A stretch of 63,035 bases of DNA, filler included, from Nemertoderma westbladi (taxonomy: Eukaryota; Animalia; Xenacoelomorpha): the NCBI GenBank assembly GCA_032718475.1. It is 2 parts of 2 records of this genome, joined end to end, with 100 filler letters (N's around TTAATTAATTAA, not from the genome) between each part and the next. Parts side by side here need not be neighbours in the genome. Positions count along the whole stretch, not along the records: positions 31,085 to 63,035 come from JAUCBJ010002217.1; 1 more part is not named here. One strand, written 5' to 3'. Position 1 is the first letter of the stretch; the number at the start of each line of letters is the position of its first letter. The position numbers and the translations under genes were made by a program. This document shows positions 34,101-49,100 of this stretch, piece by piece. Below the pieces are notes generated by a model. It did not search any database, was not told the DNA's origin, and saw nothing but the letters and a program-made list of their open reading frames with translations.

Positions 34101-37100
34101 AGGAATGCCTGTTCACCACCATGGATGATCTTCCACAGTAAACCTTTCCACTCTGTTTCCTAAAGGAATTCCTGTTCACCACCATGGATGATCTTCCACA
34201 GTAAACCTTTCCACTCTGTTTCCTAAAGGAATGCCTGTTCACCACCATGGATGATCTTCCACAGTAAACCTTTCCACTCTGTTTCCTAAAGGAATGTCTG
34301 TTCACCACCATGTGTGATCTTCCACAGTAAACCCTTCCATTCTGTTTCCTAAAGGAATGTCTGCTCACCACCATGGGTGATCTTCCACAGTAAACCCTTC
34401 CATTCTGTTTCCTAAAGGAATGTCTGTTCACCACCAAGGGTGATCTTCCACAGTAAACCTTTCCACTCTGTTTCCTAAAGGAATTCCTGTTCACCACCAT
34501 GGATGATCTTCCACAGTAAACCTTTCCACTCTGTTTCCTAAAGGAATGCCTGTTCACCACCACGGGTGCTTTTCCACAGTAAACCCTTCCAGCTCTGTTT
34601 CCTAAAGGAATGTATGTTCACCACCATGGATGATCTTCCACAGTAAACCTTTCCACTCTGTTTCCCAAAGGAATACCTGTTCACAACCATGGGTGATCTT
34701 CCACAGTAAACCCTTCCACACTGTTTCCTAAAGGAATGCCTGTTCACCACCACGGGTGCTTTTCCACAGTAAACCCTTCCAGCTCTGTTTCCTAAAGGAA
34801 TGTCTGTTCACCACCATGGATGATCTTCCACAGTAAACCTTTCCACACTGTTTCCTAAAGGAATGTCTGTTCACCACCATGGATGATCTTCCACAGTAAA
34901 CCTTTCCACTCTGTTTCCTAAAGGAATGCCTGTTCACCACCATGGATGATCTTCCACAGTAAACCTTTCCACTCTGTTTCCTAAAGGAATGTCTGTTCAC
35001 CACCATGTGTGATCTTCCACAGTAAACCTTTCCACTCTGTTTCCTAAAGGAATTCCTGTTCACCACCATGGATGATCTTCCACAGTAAACCTTTCCACTC
35101 TGTTTCCTAAAGGAATGCCTGTTCACCACCACGGGTGCTTTTCCACAGTAAACCCTTCCAGCTCTGTTTCCTAAAGGAATGTCTGTTCACCACCATGGAT
35201 GATCTTCCACAGTAAACCTTTCCACTCTGTTTCCCAAAGGAATACCTGTTCACAACCATGGGTGATCTTCCACAGTAAACCCTTCCACACTGTTTCCTAA
35301 AGGAATGCCTGTTCACCACCACGGGTGCTTTTCCACAGTAAACCCTTCCACACTGTTTCCTAAAGGAATGTCTGTTCACCACCATGGATGATCTTCCACA
35401 GTATACCTTTCCACTCTGTTTCCTAAAGGAATTCCTGTTCACCACCATGGATGATCTTCCACAGTAAACCTTTCCACTCTGTTTCCTAAAGGAATGCCTG
35501 TTCACCACCATGGAAGATCTTCCACAGTAAACCTTTCCACTCTGTTTCCTAAAGGAATGCCTGTTCACCACCATGGATGATCTTCCACAGTAAACCTTTC
35601 CACTCTGTTTCCTAAAGGAATGCCTGTTCACCACCATGTGTGATCTTCCACAGTAAACACTTCCACTCTGTTTCCTAAAGGAATGCCTGTTCACCACCAT
35701 GGATGATCTTCCACAGTAAACCTTTCCACTCTGTTTCCTAAAGGAATGCCTGTTCACCACCATGTGTGATCTTCCACAGTAAACACTTCCACTCTGTTTC
35801 CTAAAGGAATGCCTGTTCACCACCATGTGTGATCTTCCACAGTAAACACTTCCACTCTGTTTCCTAAAGGAATGCCTGTTCACCACCATGGATGATCTTC
35901 CACAGTAAACCTTTCCACTCTGTTTCCTAAAGGAACTCCTGTTCACCACCATGGATGATCTTCCACAGTAAACCTTTCCACTCTGTTTCCTAAAGGAATG
36001 CCTGTTCACCACCACGGGTGCTTTTCCACAGTAAACCCTTCCAGCTCTGTTTCCTAAAGGAATGTCTGTTCACCACCATGGATGATCTTCCACAGTAAAC
36101 CTTTCCACTCTGTTTCCCAAAGGAATACCTGTTCACAACCATGGGTGATCTTCCACAGTAAACCCTTCCACACTGTTTCCTAAAGGAATGTCTGTTCACC
36201 ACCATGGATGATCTTCCACAGTATACCTTTCCACTCTGTTTCCTAAAGGAATTCCTGTTCACCACCATGGATGATCTTCCACAGTAAACCTTTCCACTCT
36301 GTTTCCTAAAGGAATGCCTGTTCACCACCATGTGTTATCTTCCACAGTAAACACTTCCACTCTGTTTCCTAAAGGAATGCCTGTTCACCACCATGTGTGA
36401 TCTTCCACAGTAAACACTTCCACTCTGTTTCCTAAAGGAATGCCTGTTCACCACCATGGATGATCTTCCACAGTAAACCTTTCCACTCTGTTTCCTAAAG
36501 GAATTCCTGTTCACCACCATGGATGATCTTCCACAGTAAACCTTTCCACTCTGTTTCCTAAAGGAATGCCTGTTCACCACCATGGATGATCTTCCACAGT
36601 AAACCTTTCCACTCTGTTTCCTAAAGGAATGTCTGTTCACCACCATGTGTGATCTTCCACAGTAAACCCTTCCATTCTGTTTCCTAAAGGAATGTCTGCT
36701 CACCACCATGGGTGATCTTCCACAGTAAACCCTTCCATTCTGTTTCCTAAAGGAATGTCTGTTCACCACCAAGGGTGATCTTCCACAGTAAACCTTTCCA
36801 CTCTGTTTCCTAAAGGAATTCCTGTTCACCACCATGGATGATCTTCCACAGTAAACCTTTCCACTCTGTTTCCTAAAGGAATGCCTGTTCACCACCACGG
36901 GTGCTTTTCCACAGTAAACCCTTCCAGCTCTGTTTCCTAAAGGAATGTATGTTCACCACCATGGATGATCTTCCACAGTAAACCTTTCCACTCTGTTTCC
37001 CAAAGGAATACCTGTTCACAACCATGGGTGATCTTCCACAGTAAACCCTTCCACACTGTTTCCTAAAGGAATGCCTGTTCACCACCACGGGTGCTTTTCC

Positions 37101-40100
37101 ACAGTAAACCCTTCCAGCTCTGTTTCCTAAAGGAATGTCTGTTCACCACCATGGATGATCTTCCACAGTAAACCTTTCCACACTGTTTCCTAAAGGAATG
37201 TCTGTTCACCACCATGGATGATCTTCCACAGTAAACCTTTCCACTCTGTTTCCTAAAGGAATGCCTGTTCACCACCATGGATGATCTTCCACAGTAAACC
37301 TTTCCACTCTGTTTCCTAAAGGAATGTCTGTTCACCACCATGTGTGATCTTCCACAGTAAACCCTTCCATTCTGTTTCCTAAAGGAATGTCTGCTCACCG
37401 CCATGGGTGATCTTCCACAGTAAACCCTTCCATTCTGTTTCCTAAAGGAATGTCTGTTCACCACCACACCATGGGTGATCTTCCACAGTAAACCCTTCCA
37501 TTCTGTTTCCTAAAGGAATGCCTGTTCACCACCATGGATGATCTTCCACATTAAACCCTTCCAGCTCTGTTTCCTAAAGGAATGCCTGTTCACCACCATG
37601 GATGATCTTCCACAGTATACCCTTCCACTCTGTTTCCCAAAGAAATGCCTGTTCACCACCATGGATGATCTTCCACAGTATACCCTTCCACTCTGTTTCC
37701 CAAAGGAATGCCTGTTCACCACCATGGATGATCTTCCACAGTAAACCTTTCCACTCTGTTTCCTAAAGGAATGTCTGTTCACCACCATGTGTGATCTTCC
37801 ACAGTAAACCCTTCCATTCTGTTTCCTAAAGGAATGTCTGCTCACCACCATGGGTGATCTTCCACAGTAAACCCTTCCATTCTGTTTCCTAAAGGAATGT
37901 CTGTTCACCACCATGGATGATCTTCCACAGTATACCCTTCCACTCTGTTTCCCAAAGGAATGCCTGTTCACCACCATGGATGATCTTCCACAGTAAACCT
38001 TTCCACTCTGTTTCCTAAAGGAATGCCTGTTCGCCACCATGGGTGATCTTCCACAGTATACCCTTCCATTCTGTTTCCTAAAGGAATGCCTGTCCACCAC
38101 CATGGATGATCTTCCACAGTATACCCTTCCACTCTGTTTCCCAAAGGAATGCCTGTTCACCACCATGGATGATCTTCCACAGTAAACCCTTCCATTCTGT
38201 TTCCTAAAGGAATGCCTGTTCACCACCATGGATGATCTTCCACAGTATACCCTTCCATTCTGTTTCCTAAAGGAATGCCTGTTCACCACCATGGATGATC
38301 TTCCACAGTATACCCTTCCACTCTGTTTCCCAAAGGAATGCCTGTTCACCACCATGGATGATCTTCCACAGTAAACCTTTCCACTCTGTTTCCTAAAGGA
38401 ATGCCTGTTCACCACCACGGGTGCTTTTCCACAGTAAACCCTTCCAGCTCTGTTTCCTAAAGAAATGTCTGTTCACCACCATGGATGATCTTCCACAGTA
38501 AACCTTTCCACTCTGTTTCCCAAAGGAATACCTGTTCACAACCATGGGTGATCTTCCACAGTAAACCCTTCCACACTGTTTCCTAAAGGAATGTCTGTTC
38601 ACCACCATGGATGATCTTCCACAGTAAACCTTTCCACTCTGTTTCCTAAAGGAATGCCTGTTCACCACCATGGATGATCTTCCACAGTAAACCTTTCCAC
38701 TCTGTTTCCTAAAGGAATGTCTGTTCACCACCATGGGTGATCTTCCACAGTAAACCCTTCCATTCTGTTTCCTAAAGGAATGTCTGTTCACCACCATGGG
38801 TGATCTTCCACAGTAAACCCTTCCATTCTTTTTCCTAAAGGAATGTCTGTTCACCACCATGGGTGATCTTCCACAGTAAACCCTTCCATTCTGTTTCCTA
38901 AAGGAATGCCTGTTCACCACCATGGATGATCTTCCACATTAAACCCTTCCAGCTCTGTTTCCTAAAGGAATGCCTGTTCACCACCATGGATGATCTTCCA
39001 CAGTATACCCTTCCACTCTGTTTCCCAAAGGAATGCCTGTTCACCACCATGGATGATCTTCCACAGTATACCCTTCCACTCTGTTTCCCAAAGGAATGCC
39101 TGTTCACCACCATGGATGATCTTCCACAGTATACCCTTCCATTCTGTTTCCTATAGGAATGCCTGTCCACCACCATGGATGATCTTCCACAGTATACCCT
39201 TCCACTCTGTTTCCCAAAGGAATGCCTGTTCACCACCATGGATGATCTTCCACAGTAAACCCTTCCATTCTGTTTCCTAAAGAAATGCCTGTTCACCACC
39301 ATGGATGATCTTCCACAGTATACCCTTCCACTCTGTTTCCCAAAGGAATGCCTGTTCACCACCATGGATGATCTTCCACAGTATACCCTTCCACTCTGTT
39401 TCCCAAAGGAATGCCTGTTCACCACCATGGATGATCTTCCACAGTAAACCTTTCCACTCTGTTTCCTAAAGGAATGCCTGTTCACCACCATGGATGATCT
39501 TCCACAGTAAACCTTTCCACTCTGTTTCCTAAAGGAATGCCTGTTCACCACCACGGGTGCTTTTCCACAGTAAACCCTTCCAGCTCTGTTTCCTAAAGGA
39601 ATGCCTGTTCACCACCATGGGTGATCTTCCACAGTAAACCCTTCCACTCTGTTTCCCAAAGGAATGCATGTTCACCACCATGGGTGATCTTCCACAGTAA
39701 ACCCTTCCACTCTGTTTCCTTAAGGAATGCCTGTTCCCAACCATGTGTGATCTTCCACAGTAAACCCTTCCACTCTGTTTCCTAAAGGAATGCATGTTCA
39801 CTACCATGGGTGATCTTCCACAGTAAACCCTTCCACTCTGTTTCCTTAAGGAATGCCTGTTCCCAACCATGTGTGATCTTCCACAGTAAACCCTTCCACT
39901 CTGTTTCCTAAAGCAGTGCCTGTTGACCACCATGGATGATCTTCCACAGTAAACCCTTACACTCTGTTTCCTAAAGGAATGCCTGTTCACCACCATGGGT
40001 GATCTTCCACAGTAAACCCTTCCACTCTGTTTCCCAAAGGAATGCATGTTCACCACCATGGGTGATCTTCCACAGCAAACCCTTCCACTCTGTTTCCTAA

Positions 40101-43100
40101 AGGAATGCCTGTTCACGACCATGGGTGACCTTCCACAATAAACCCTCCACTTTGTTTCACAAAGCAATGCTTGATCACCACCATGGGTGATCTTCCACAG
40201 TAAACCCTTCCACTCTGTTTCCTAAAGGAATGCCTGTTCACCACCATGGGTGATCTTCCACAATAAACCCTTCCACTCTGTTTCCCAAAGGAATGCATGT
40301 TCACCACCATGGGTGATCTTCCACAGTAAACCCTTCCACTCTGTTTCCTTAAGGAATGCCTGTTCCCAACCATGTGTGATCTTCCACAGTAAACCCTTCC
40401 ACTCTGTTTCCTAAAGGAATGCATGTTCACTACCATGGGTGATCTTCCACAGTAAACCCTTCCACTCTGTTTCCTTAAGGAATGCCTGTTCCCAACCATG
40501 TGTGATCTTCCACAGTAAACCCTTCCACTCTGTTTCCTAAAGCAGTGCCTGTTCACCACCATGGATGATCTTCCACAGTAAACCCTTCCACTCTGTTTCC
40601 TAAAGCAGTGCCTGTTGACCACCATGGATGATCTTCCACAGTAAACCCTTACACTCTGTTTCCTAAAGGAATGTCTGCTCACCACCATGGGTGATCTTCC
40701 ACAGTAAACCCTTCCATTCTGTTTCCTAAAGGAATGTCTGTTCACCACCATGGATGATCTTCCACAGTATACCCTTCCACTCTGTTTCCCAAAGGAATGC
40801 CTGTTCACCACCATGGATGATCTTCCACAGTAAACCTTTCCACTCTGTTTCCTAAAGGAATGCCTGTTCGCCACCATGGGTGATCTTCCACAGTATACCC
40901 TTCCATTCAGTTTCCTAAAGGAATGCCTGTCCACCACCATGGATGATCTTCCACAGTATACCCTTCCACTCTGTTTCCCAAAGGAATGTCTGTTCACCAC
41001 CATGGATGATCTTCCACAGTAAACCTTTCCACACTGTTTCCTAAAGGAATGTCTGTTCACCACCATGGATGATCTTCCACAGTAAACCTTTCCACTCTGT
41101 TTCCCAAAGGAATGCCTGTTCACCACCATGGATGATCTTCCACAGTAAACCTTTCCACTCTGTTTCCTAAAGGAATGTCTGTTCACCACCATGTGTGATC
41201 TTCCACAGTAAACCCTTCCATTCTGTTTCCTAAAGGAATGTCTGCTCACCGCCATGGGTGATCTTCCACAGTAAACCCTTCCATTCTGTTTCCTAAAGGA
41301 ATGTCTGTTCACCACCACACCATGGGTGATCTTCCACAGTAAACCCTTCCATTCTGTTTCCTAAAGGAATGCCTGTTCACCACCATGGATGATCTTCCAC
41401 ATTAAACCCTTCCAGCTCTGTTTCCTAAAGGAATGCCTGTTCACCACCATGGATGATCTTCCACAGTATACCCTTCCACTCTGTTTCCCAAAGGAATGCC
41501 TGTTCACCACCATGGATGATCTTCCACAGTATACCCTTCCACTCTGTTTCCCAAAGGAATGCCTGTTCACCACCATGGATGATCTTCCACAGTAAACCTT
41601 TCCACTCTGTTTCCTAAAGGAATGTCTGTTCACCACCATGTGTGATCTTCCACAGTAAACCCTTCCATTCTGTTTCCTAAAGGAATGTCTGCTCACCACC
41701 ATGGGTGATCTTCCACAGTAAACCCTTCCATTCTGTTTCCTAAAGGAATGTCTGTTCACCACCATGGATGATCTTCCACAGTATACCCTTCCGCTCTGTT
41801 TCCCAAAGGAATGCCTGTTCACCACCATGGATGATCTTCCACAGTAAACCTTTCCACTCTGTTTCCTAAAGGAATGCCTGTTCGCCACCATGGGTGATCT
41901 TCCACAGTATACCCTTCCATTCTGTTTCCTAAAGGAATGCCTGTCCACCACCATGGATGATCTTCCACAGTATACCCTTCCACTCTGTTTCCCAAAGGAA
42001 TGCCTGTTCACCACCATGGATGATCTTCCACAGTAAACCCTTCCATTCTGTTTCCTAAAGGAATGCCTGTTCACCACCATGGATGATCTTCCACAGTATA
42101 CCCTTCCACTCTGTTTCCCAAAGGAATGCCTGTTCACCACCATGGATGATCTTCCACAGTAAACCTTTCCACTCTGTTTCCTAAAGGAATGCCTGTTCAC
42201 CACCACGGGTGCTTTTCCACAGTAAACCCTTCCAGCTCTGTTTCCTAAAGGAATGTCTGTTCACCACCATGGATGATCTTCCACAGTAAACCTTTCCACT
42301 CTGTTTCCCAAAGGAATACCTGTTCACAACCATGGGTGATCTTCCACAGTAAACCCTTCCACACTGTTTCCTAAAGGAATGTCTGTTCACCACCATGGAT
42401 GATCTTCCACAGTAAACCTTTCCACTCTGTTTCCTAAAGGAATGCCTGTTCACCACCATGGATGATCTTCCACAGTAAACCTTTCCACTCTGTTTCCTAA
42501 AGGAATGTCTGTTCACCACCATGGGTGATCTTCCACAGTAAACCCTTCCATTCTGTTTCCTAAAGGAATGTCTGTTCACCACCATGGGTGATCTTCCACA
42601 GTAAACCCTTCCATTCTTTTTCCTAAAGGAATGTCTGTTCACCACCATGGGTGATCTTCCACAGTAAACCCTTCCATTCTGTTTCCTAAAGGAATGCCTG
42701 TTCACCACCATGGATGATCTTCCACATTAAACCCTTCCAGCTCTGTTTCCTAAAGGAATGCCTGTTCACCACCATGGATGATCTTCCACAGTATACCCTT
42801 CCACTCTGTTTCCCAAAGGAATGCCTGTTCACCACCATGGATGATCTTCCACAGTATACCCTTCCACTCTGTTTCCCAAAGGAATGCCTGTTCACCACCA
42901 TGGATGATCTTCCACAGTATACCCTTCCATTCTGTTTCCTATAGGAATGCCTGTCCACCACCATGGATGATCTTCCACAGTATACCCTTCCACTCTGTTT
43001 CCCAAAGGAATGCCTGTTCACCACCATGGATGATCTTCCACAGTAAACCCTTCCATTCTGTTTCCTAAAGAAATGCCTGTTCACCACCATGGATGATCTT

Positions 43101-46100
43101 CCACAGTATACCCTTCCACTCTGTTTCCCAAAGGAATGCCTGTTCACCACCATGGATGATCTTCCACAGTATACCCTTCCACTCTGTTTCCCAAAGGAAT
43201 GCCTGTTCACCACCATGGATGATCTTCCACAGTAAACCTTTCCACTCTGTTTCCTAAAGGAATGCCTGTTCACCACCATGGATGATCTTCCACAGTAAAC
43301 CTTTCCACTCTGTTTCCTAAAGGAATGCCTGTTCACCACCACGGGTGCTTTTCCACAGTAAACCCTTCCAGCTCTGTTTCCTAAAGGAATGCCTGTTCAC
43401 CACCATGGGTGATCTTCCACAGTAAACCCTTCCACTCTGTTTCCCAAAGGAATGCATGTTCACCACCATGGGTGATCTTCCACAGTAAACCCTTCCACTC
43501 TGTTTCCTTAAGGAATGCCTGTTCCCAACCATGTGTGATCTTCCACAGTAAACCCTTCCACTCTGTTTCCTAAAGGAATGCATGTTCACTACCATGGGTG
43601 ATCTTCCACAGTAAACCCTTCCACTCTGTTTCCTTAAGGAATGCCTGTTCCCAACCATGTGTGATCTTCCACAGTAAACCCTTCCACTCTGTTTCCTAAA
43701 GCAGTGCCTGTTGACCACCATGGATGATCTTCCACAGTAAACCCTTACACTCTGTTTCCTAAAGGAATGCCTGTTCACCACCATGGGTGATCTTCCACAG
43801 TAAACCCTTCCACTCTGTTTCCCAAAGGAATGCATGTTCACCACCATGGGTGATCTTCCACAGTAAACCCTTCCACTCTGTTTCCTAAAGGAATGCCTGT
43901 TCACGACCATGGGTGACCTTCCACAATAAACCCTCCACTTTGTTTCACAAAGCAATGCTTGATCACCACCATGGGTGATCTTCCACAGTAAACCCTTCCA
44001 CTCTGTTTCCTAAAGGAATGCCTGTTCACCACCATGGGTGATCTTCCACAATAAACCCTTCCACTCTGTTTCCCAAAGGAATGCATGTTCACCACCATGG
44101 GTGATCTTCCACAGTAAACCCTTCCACTCTGTTTCCTTAAGGAATGCCTGTTCCCAACCATGTGTGATCTTCCACAGTAAACCCTTCCACTCTGTTTCCT
44201 AAAGGAATGCATGTTCACTACTATGGGTGATCTTCCACAGTAAACCCTTCCACTCTGTTTCCTTAAGGAATGCCTGTTCCCAACCATGTGTGATCTTCCA
44301 CAGTAAACCCTTCCACTCTGTTTCCTAAAGCAGTGCCTGTTCACCACCATGGATGATCTTCCACAGTAAACCCTTCCACTCTGTTTCCTAAAGGAATGCC
44401 TGTTCACCACCATGGGTGATCTTCCACAGTAAACCCTTCCACTCTGTATCCCAAAGGAATGCATGTTCACCACCATGGGTGATCTTCCACAGTAAACCCT
44501 TCCACTCTGTTTCACAAAGCAATGCTTGATCACCACCATTGGTGATCTTCCACAGTAAACCCTTCCACTCTGTTTCCTAAAGGAATGCCTGTTCACGACC
44601 ATGGGTGACCTTCCACAATAAACCCTCCACTTTGTTTCACAAAGCAATGCTTGATCACCACCATGGGTGATCTTCCACAGTAAACCCTTCCACTCTGTTT
44701 CCTAAAGGAATGCCTGTTCACCACCATGGGTGATCTTCCACAGTAAACCCTTCCACTCTGTTTCCTAAAGGAATGTCTGTTCACCATCATGGGTGATATT
44801 CCACAGTAAACCCTTCCACTCTGTTTCCTAAAGGAATGCATGTTCACGACCATGGGTGACCTTCCACAATAAACCCTTCCACTTTGTTTCACAAAGCAAT
44901 GCTTGATCACCACCATGGGTGATCTTCCACAGTAAACCCTTCCACTCTGTTTCCTAAAGGAATGCCTGTTCACGACCATGGGTGACCTTCCACAATAAAC
45001 CCTTCCACTTTGTTTCACAAAGCAATGCTTGATCACCACCATGGGTGATCTTCCACAGTAAACCCTTCCACTCTGTTTCCTAAAGGAATGCCTGTTCACG
45101 ACCATGGGTGACCTTCCACAATAAACCCTTCCACTTTGTTTCACAAAGCAATGCTTGATCACCACCATGGGTGATCTTCCACAGTAAACCCTTCCACTCT
45201 GTTTCCTAAAGGAATGCCTGTTCACCACCATGGGTGATCTTCCACAATAAACCCTTCCACTCTGTTTCCCAAAGGAATGCATGTTCACCACCATGGGTGA
45301 TCTTCCACAGTAAACCCTTCCACTCTGTTTCCTTAAGGAATGCCTGTTCCCAACCATGTGTGATCTTCCACAGTAAACCCTTCCACTCTGTTTCCTAAAG
45401 GAATGCATGTTCACTACTATGGGTGATCTTCCACAGTAAACCCTTCCACTCTGTTTCCTTAAGGAATGCCTGTTCCCAACCATGTGTGATCTTCCACAGT
45501 AAACCCTTCCACTCTGTTTCCTAAAGCAGTGCCTGTTCACCACCATGGATGATCTTCCACAGTAAACCCTTCCACTCTGTTTCCTAAAGGAATGCCTGTT
45601 CACCACCATGGGTGATCTTCCACAGTAAACCCTTCCACTCTGTATCCCAAAGGAATGCATGTTCACCACCATGGGTGATCTTCCACAGTAAACCCTTCCA
45701 CTCTGTTTCACAAAGCAATGCTTGATCACCACCATTGGTGATCTTCCACAGTAAACCCTTCCACTCTGTTTCCTAAAGGAATGCCTGTTCACGACCATGG
45801 GTGACCTTCCACTATAAACCCTCCACTTTGTTTCACAAAGCAATGCTTGATCACCACCATGGGTGATCTTCCACAGTAAACCCTTCCACTCTGTTTCCTA
45901 AAGGAATGCCTGTTCACCACCATGGGTGATCTTCCACAGTAAACCCTTCCACTCTGTTTCCTAAAGGAATGTCTGTTCACCATCATGGGTGATATTCCAC
46001 AGTAAACCCTTCCACTCTGTTTCCTAAAGGAATGCATGTTCACGACCATGGGTGACCTTCCACAATAAACCCTTCCACTTTGTTTCACAAAGCAATGCTT

Positions 46101-49100
46101 GATCACCACCATGGGTGATCTTCCACAGTAAACCCTTCCACTCTGTTTCCTAAAGGAATGCCTGTTCACGACCATGGGTGACCTTCCACAATAAACCCTT
46201 CCACTTTGTTTCACAAAGCAATGCTTGATCACCACCATGGGTGATCTTCCACAGTAAACCCTTCCACTCTGTTTCCTAAAGGAATGCCTGTCACGACCAT
46301 GGGTGACCTTCCACAATGAACCCTTCCACTTTGTTTCACAAAGCAATGCTTGATCACCACCATGGGTGATCTTCCACAGTAAACCCTTCCACTCTGTTTC
46401 CTAAAGAAATGCCTGTTCACCACCATGTGTGATCTTCCACAGTAAACCCTTCCACTCTGTTTCCTAAAGGAATGCATGTTCACTACCATGGGTGATCTTC
46501 CACAGTAAACCCTTCCACTCTGTTTCCTTAAGGAATGCCTGTTCCCAACCATGTGTGATCTTCCACAGTAAACCCTTCCACTCTGTTTCCTAAAGCAGTG
46601 CCTGTTCACCACCATGGATGATCTTCCACAGTAAACCCTTCCACTCTGTTTCCTAAAGGAATGCCTGTTCACCACCATGGGTGATCTTCCACAGTAAACC
46701 CTTCCACTCTGTTTCACAAAGCAATGCTTGATCACCACCATGGGTGATCTTCCACAGTAAACCCTTCCACTCTGTTTCCTAAAGGAATGCTTGTTCACGA
46801 CCATGGGTGACCTTCCACAATAAACCCTTCCACTTTGTTTCACAAAGCAATGCTTGATCACCACCATGGGTGATCTTCCACAGTAAACCCTTCCACTCTG
46901 TTTCCTAAAGGAATGCCTGTTCACCACCATGGGTGATCTTCCACAATAAACCCTTCCACTCTGTTTCCCAAAGGAATGCCTGTTCACGACCATGGGTGAT
47001 CTTCCACAGTAAACCCTTCCACTCTGTTTCCCAAAGGAATACCTGTTCACCACCATTGGTGATCTTCCACTGTAAACCCTTCCACTCTGTTTCCCAAAGG
47101 AATGCATGTTCACCACCATGGGTAATCTTCCACAGTAAACCCTTCCACTCTGTTTCCCAAAGGAATACCTGTTCACCACCATTGGTGATCTTCCACTGTA
47201 AACCCTTCCACTCTGTTTCCCAAAGGAATGCATGTTCACCACCATGGGTAATCTTCCACAGTAAACCCTTCCACTCTGTTTCCCAAAGGAATACCTGTTC
47301 ACCACCATGGGTGATCTTCCACAGTAAACCCTTCCACTGTGTTTCCCAAAGGAATGCATGTTCACCACCATGGGTGATCTTCCACAGTAAACCCTTCCAC
47401 TCTGTTTCCTAAAGGAATGCCTGTTCACTACCATGGGTGATCTTCCACTGTAAACCCTTCCACTCTGTTTCCCAAAGGAATGCCTGTTCACCACCACGGG
47501 TGATTTTCCACAGTAAACCCTTCCACTCTGTTTCCTAAAGGAATGCCTGTTCACTATCATGGGTGATCTTCCACAATAAACGCTTCCACTCTGTTTCCCA
47601 TAGGAATGCCTGTTCGCCACCATGGGTGATCTTCCACAGTAAACCCTTCCACTTTGTTTCACAAAACAATGCCTGTTCACCACAATGGGTGACCTTCCAC
47701 AATAAACCCTTCCACTTTGTTTCACAAAGCAATGCCTGTTCATCACCATGGGTGATCTTCCACAATAAACGCTTCCACTCTGTTTCCCATAGGAATGCCT
47801 GTTCGCCACCATGGGTGATCTTCCACAGTAAACCCTTCCACTTTGTTTCACAAAACAATGCCTGTTCACCACAATGGGTGACCTTCCACAATAAACCCTT
47901 CCACTTTGTTTCACAAAGCAATGCCTGTTCACCACCATGGGTGATCTTCCACAGTAAACCCTTCCACTCTGTTTCCCAAAGGAATGCCTGTTCACGACCA
48001 TGGGTGACCTTCCACAATAAACCCTTCCACTTTGTTTCACAAAGCAATGCTTGATCACCACCATGGGTGATCTTCCACAGTAAAACCTTCCACTCAATTT
48101 CCTAAAGGAATGCCTGCTCACCATTATGGGTGATCTTCCACAGTAAACCCATCCACTCTGTTTCCTAAAGGAATGCCTGTTCACCACCATGGGTGATCTT
48201 CCACAGTAAACCCTTCACTCTGTTTCCTAAAGGAATGCCTGTTCACCACCGTGGGTGATCTTCCAGTAAACCCATCCACTCTGTTTCCTAAAGGAATGTC
48301 TGTTCACCACCATGGGTGATCTTCCACAGTAAACCCATCCACTCTGTTTCCTAAAGGAATGCCTGTTCACCATTATGGGTGATCTTCCACAGTAAACCCA
48401 TCCACTCTGTTTCCTAAAGGAATGCCTGTTCAACACCATGGGTGATCTTCCACAGTAAACCCTTCACTCTGTTTCCTAAAGGAATATCTGTTCACCACCA
48501 TGGGTGATCTTCCACAGAAAACCTTCCACTCAGTTTCCTAAAGGAATCCCTGTTCACCATTATGGGTGATATTCCACAGTAAACCCTTCCACTCTGTTTC
48601 CTAAAGGAATGCCTGTTCACCATTATGGGTGATCTTCCACAGTAAACCCATCCACTCTGTTTCCTAAAGGAATGCCTGTTCACCATTATGGGTGATATTC
48701 CACAGTAAACCCATCCACTCTGTTTCCTAAAGGAATGCCTGTTCAACACCATGGGTGATCTTCCACAGTAAACCCTTCACTCTGTTTCCTAAAGGAATGT
48801 CTGTTCACCACCATGGGTGATCTTCCACAGCAAACCCTTCCACTGGGTTTCCTAAAGTAATGCCTGTTCACCACCATGGGTGATCTTCCACAGTAAACCC
48901 TTCCACTCTGGTCTCTAGAGGAATGCCTGTTCACCACCGTGGGTGATCTTCCACAGTAAACCCTTCCACTTTGTTTCACAAAACAATGCCTGTTCACCAC
49001 CATGGGTGCCCTTCCACAATAAACCCTTCCACGTTGTTTTACAAAGCAATGCCTGTTCTCCACCATGGGTGATCTTCCACAGTAAACCCTTCCACTCTGT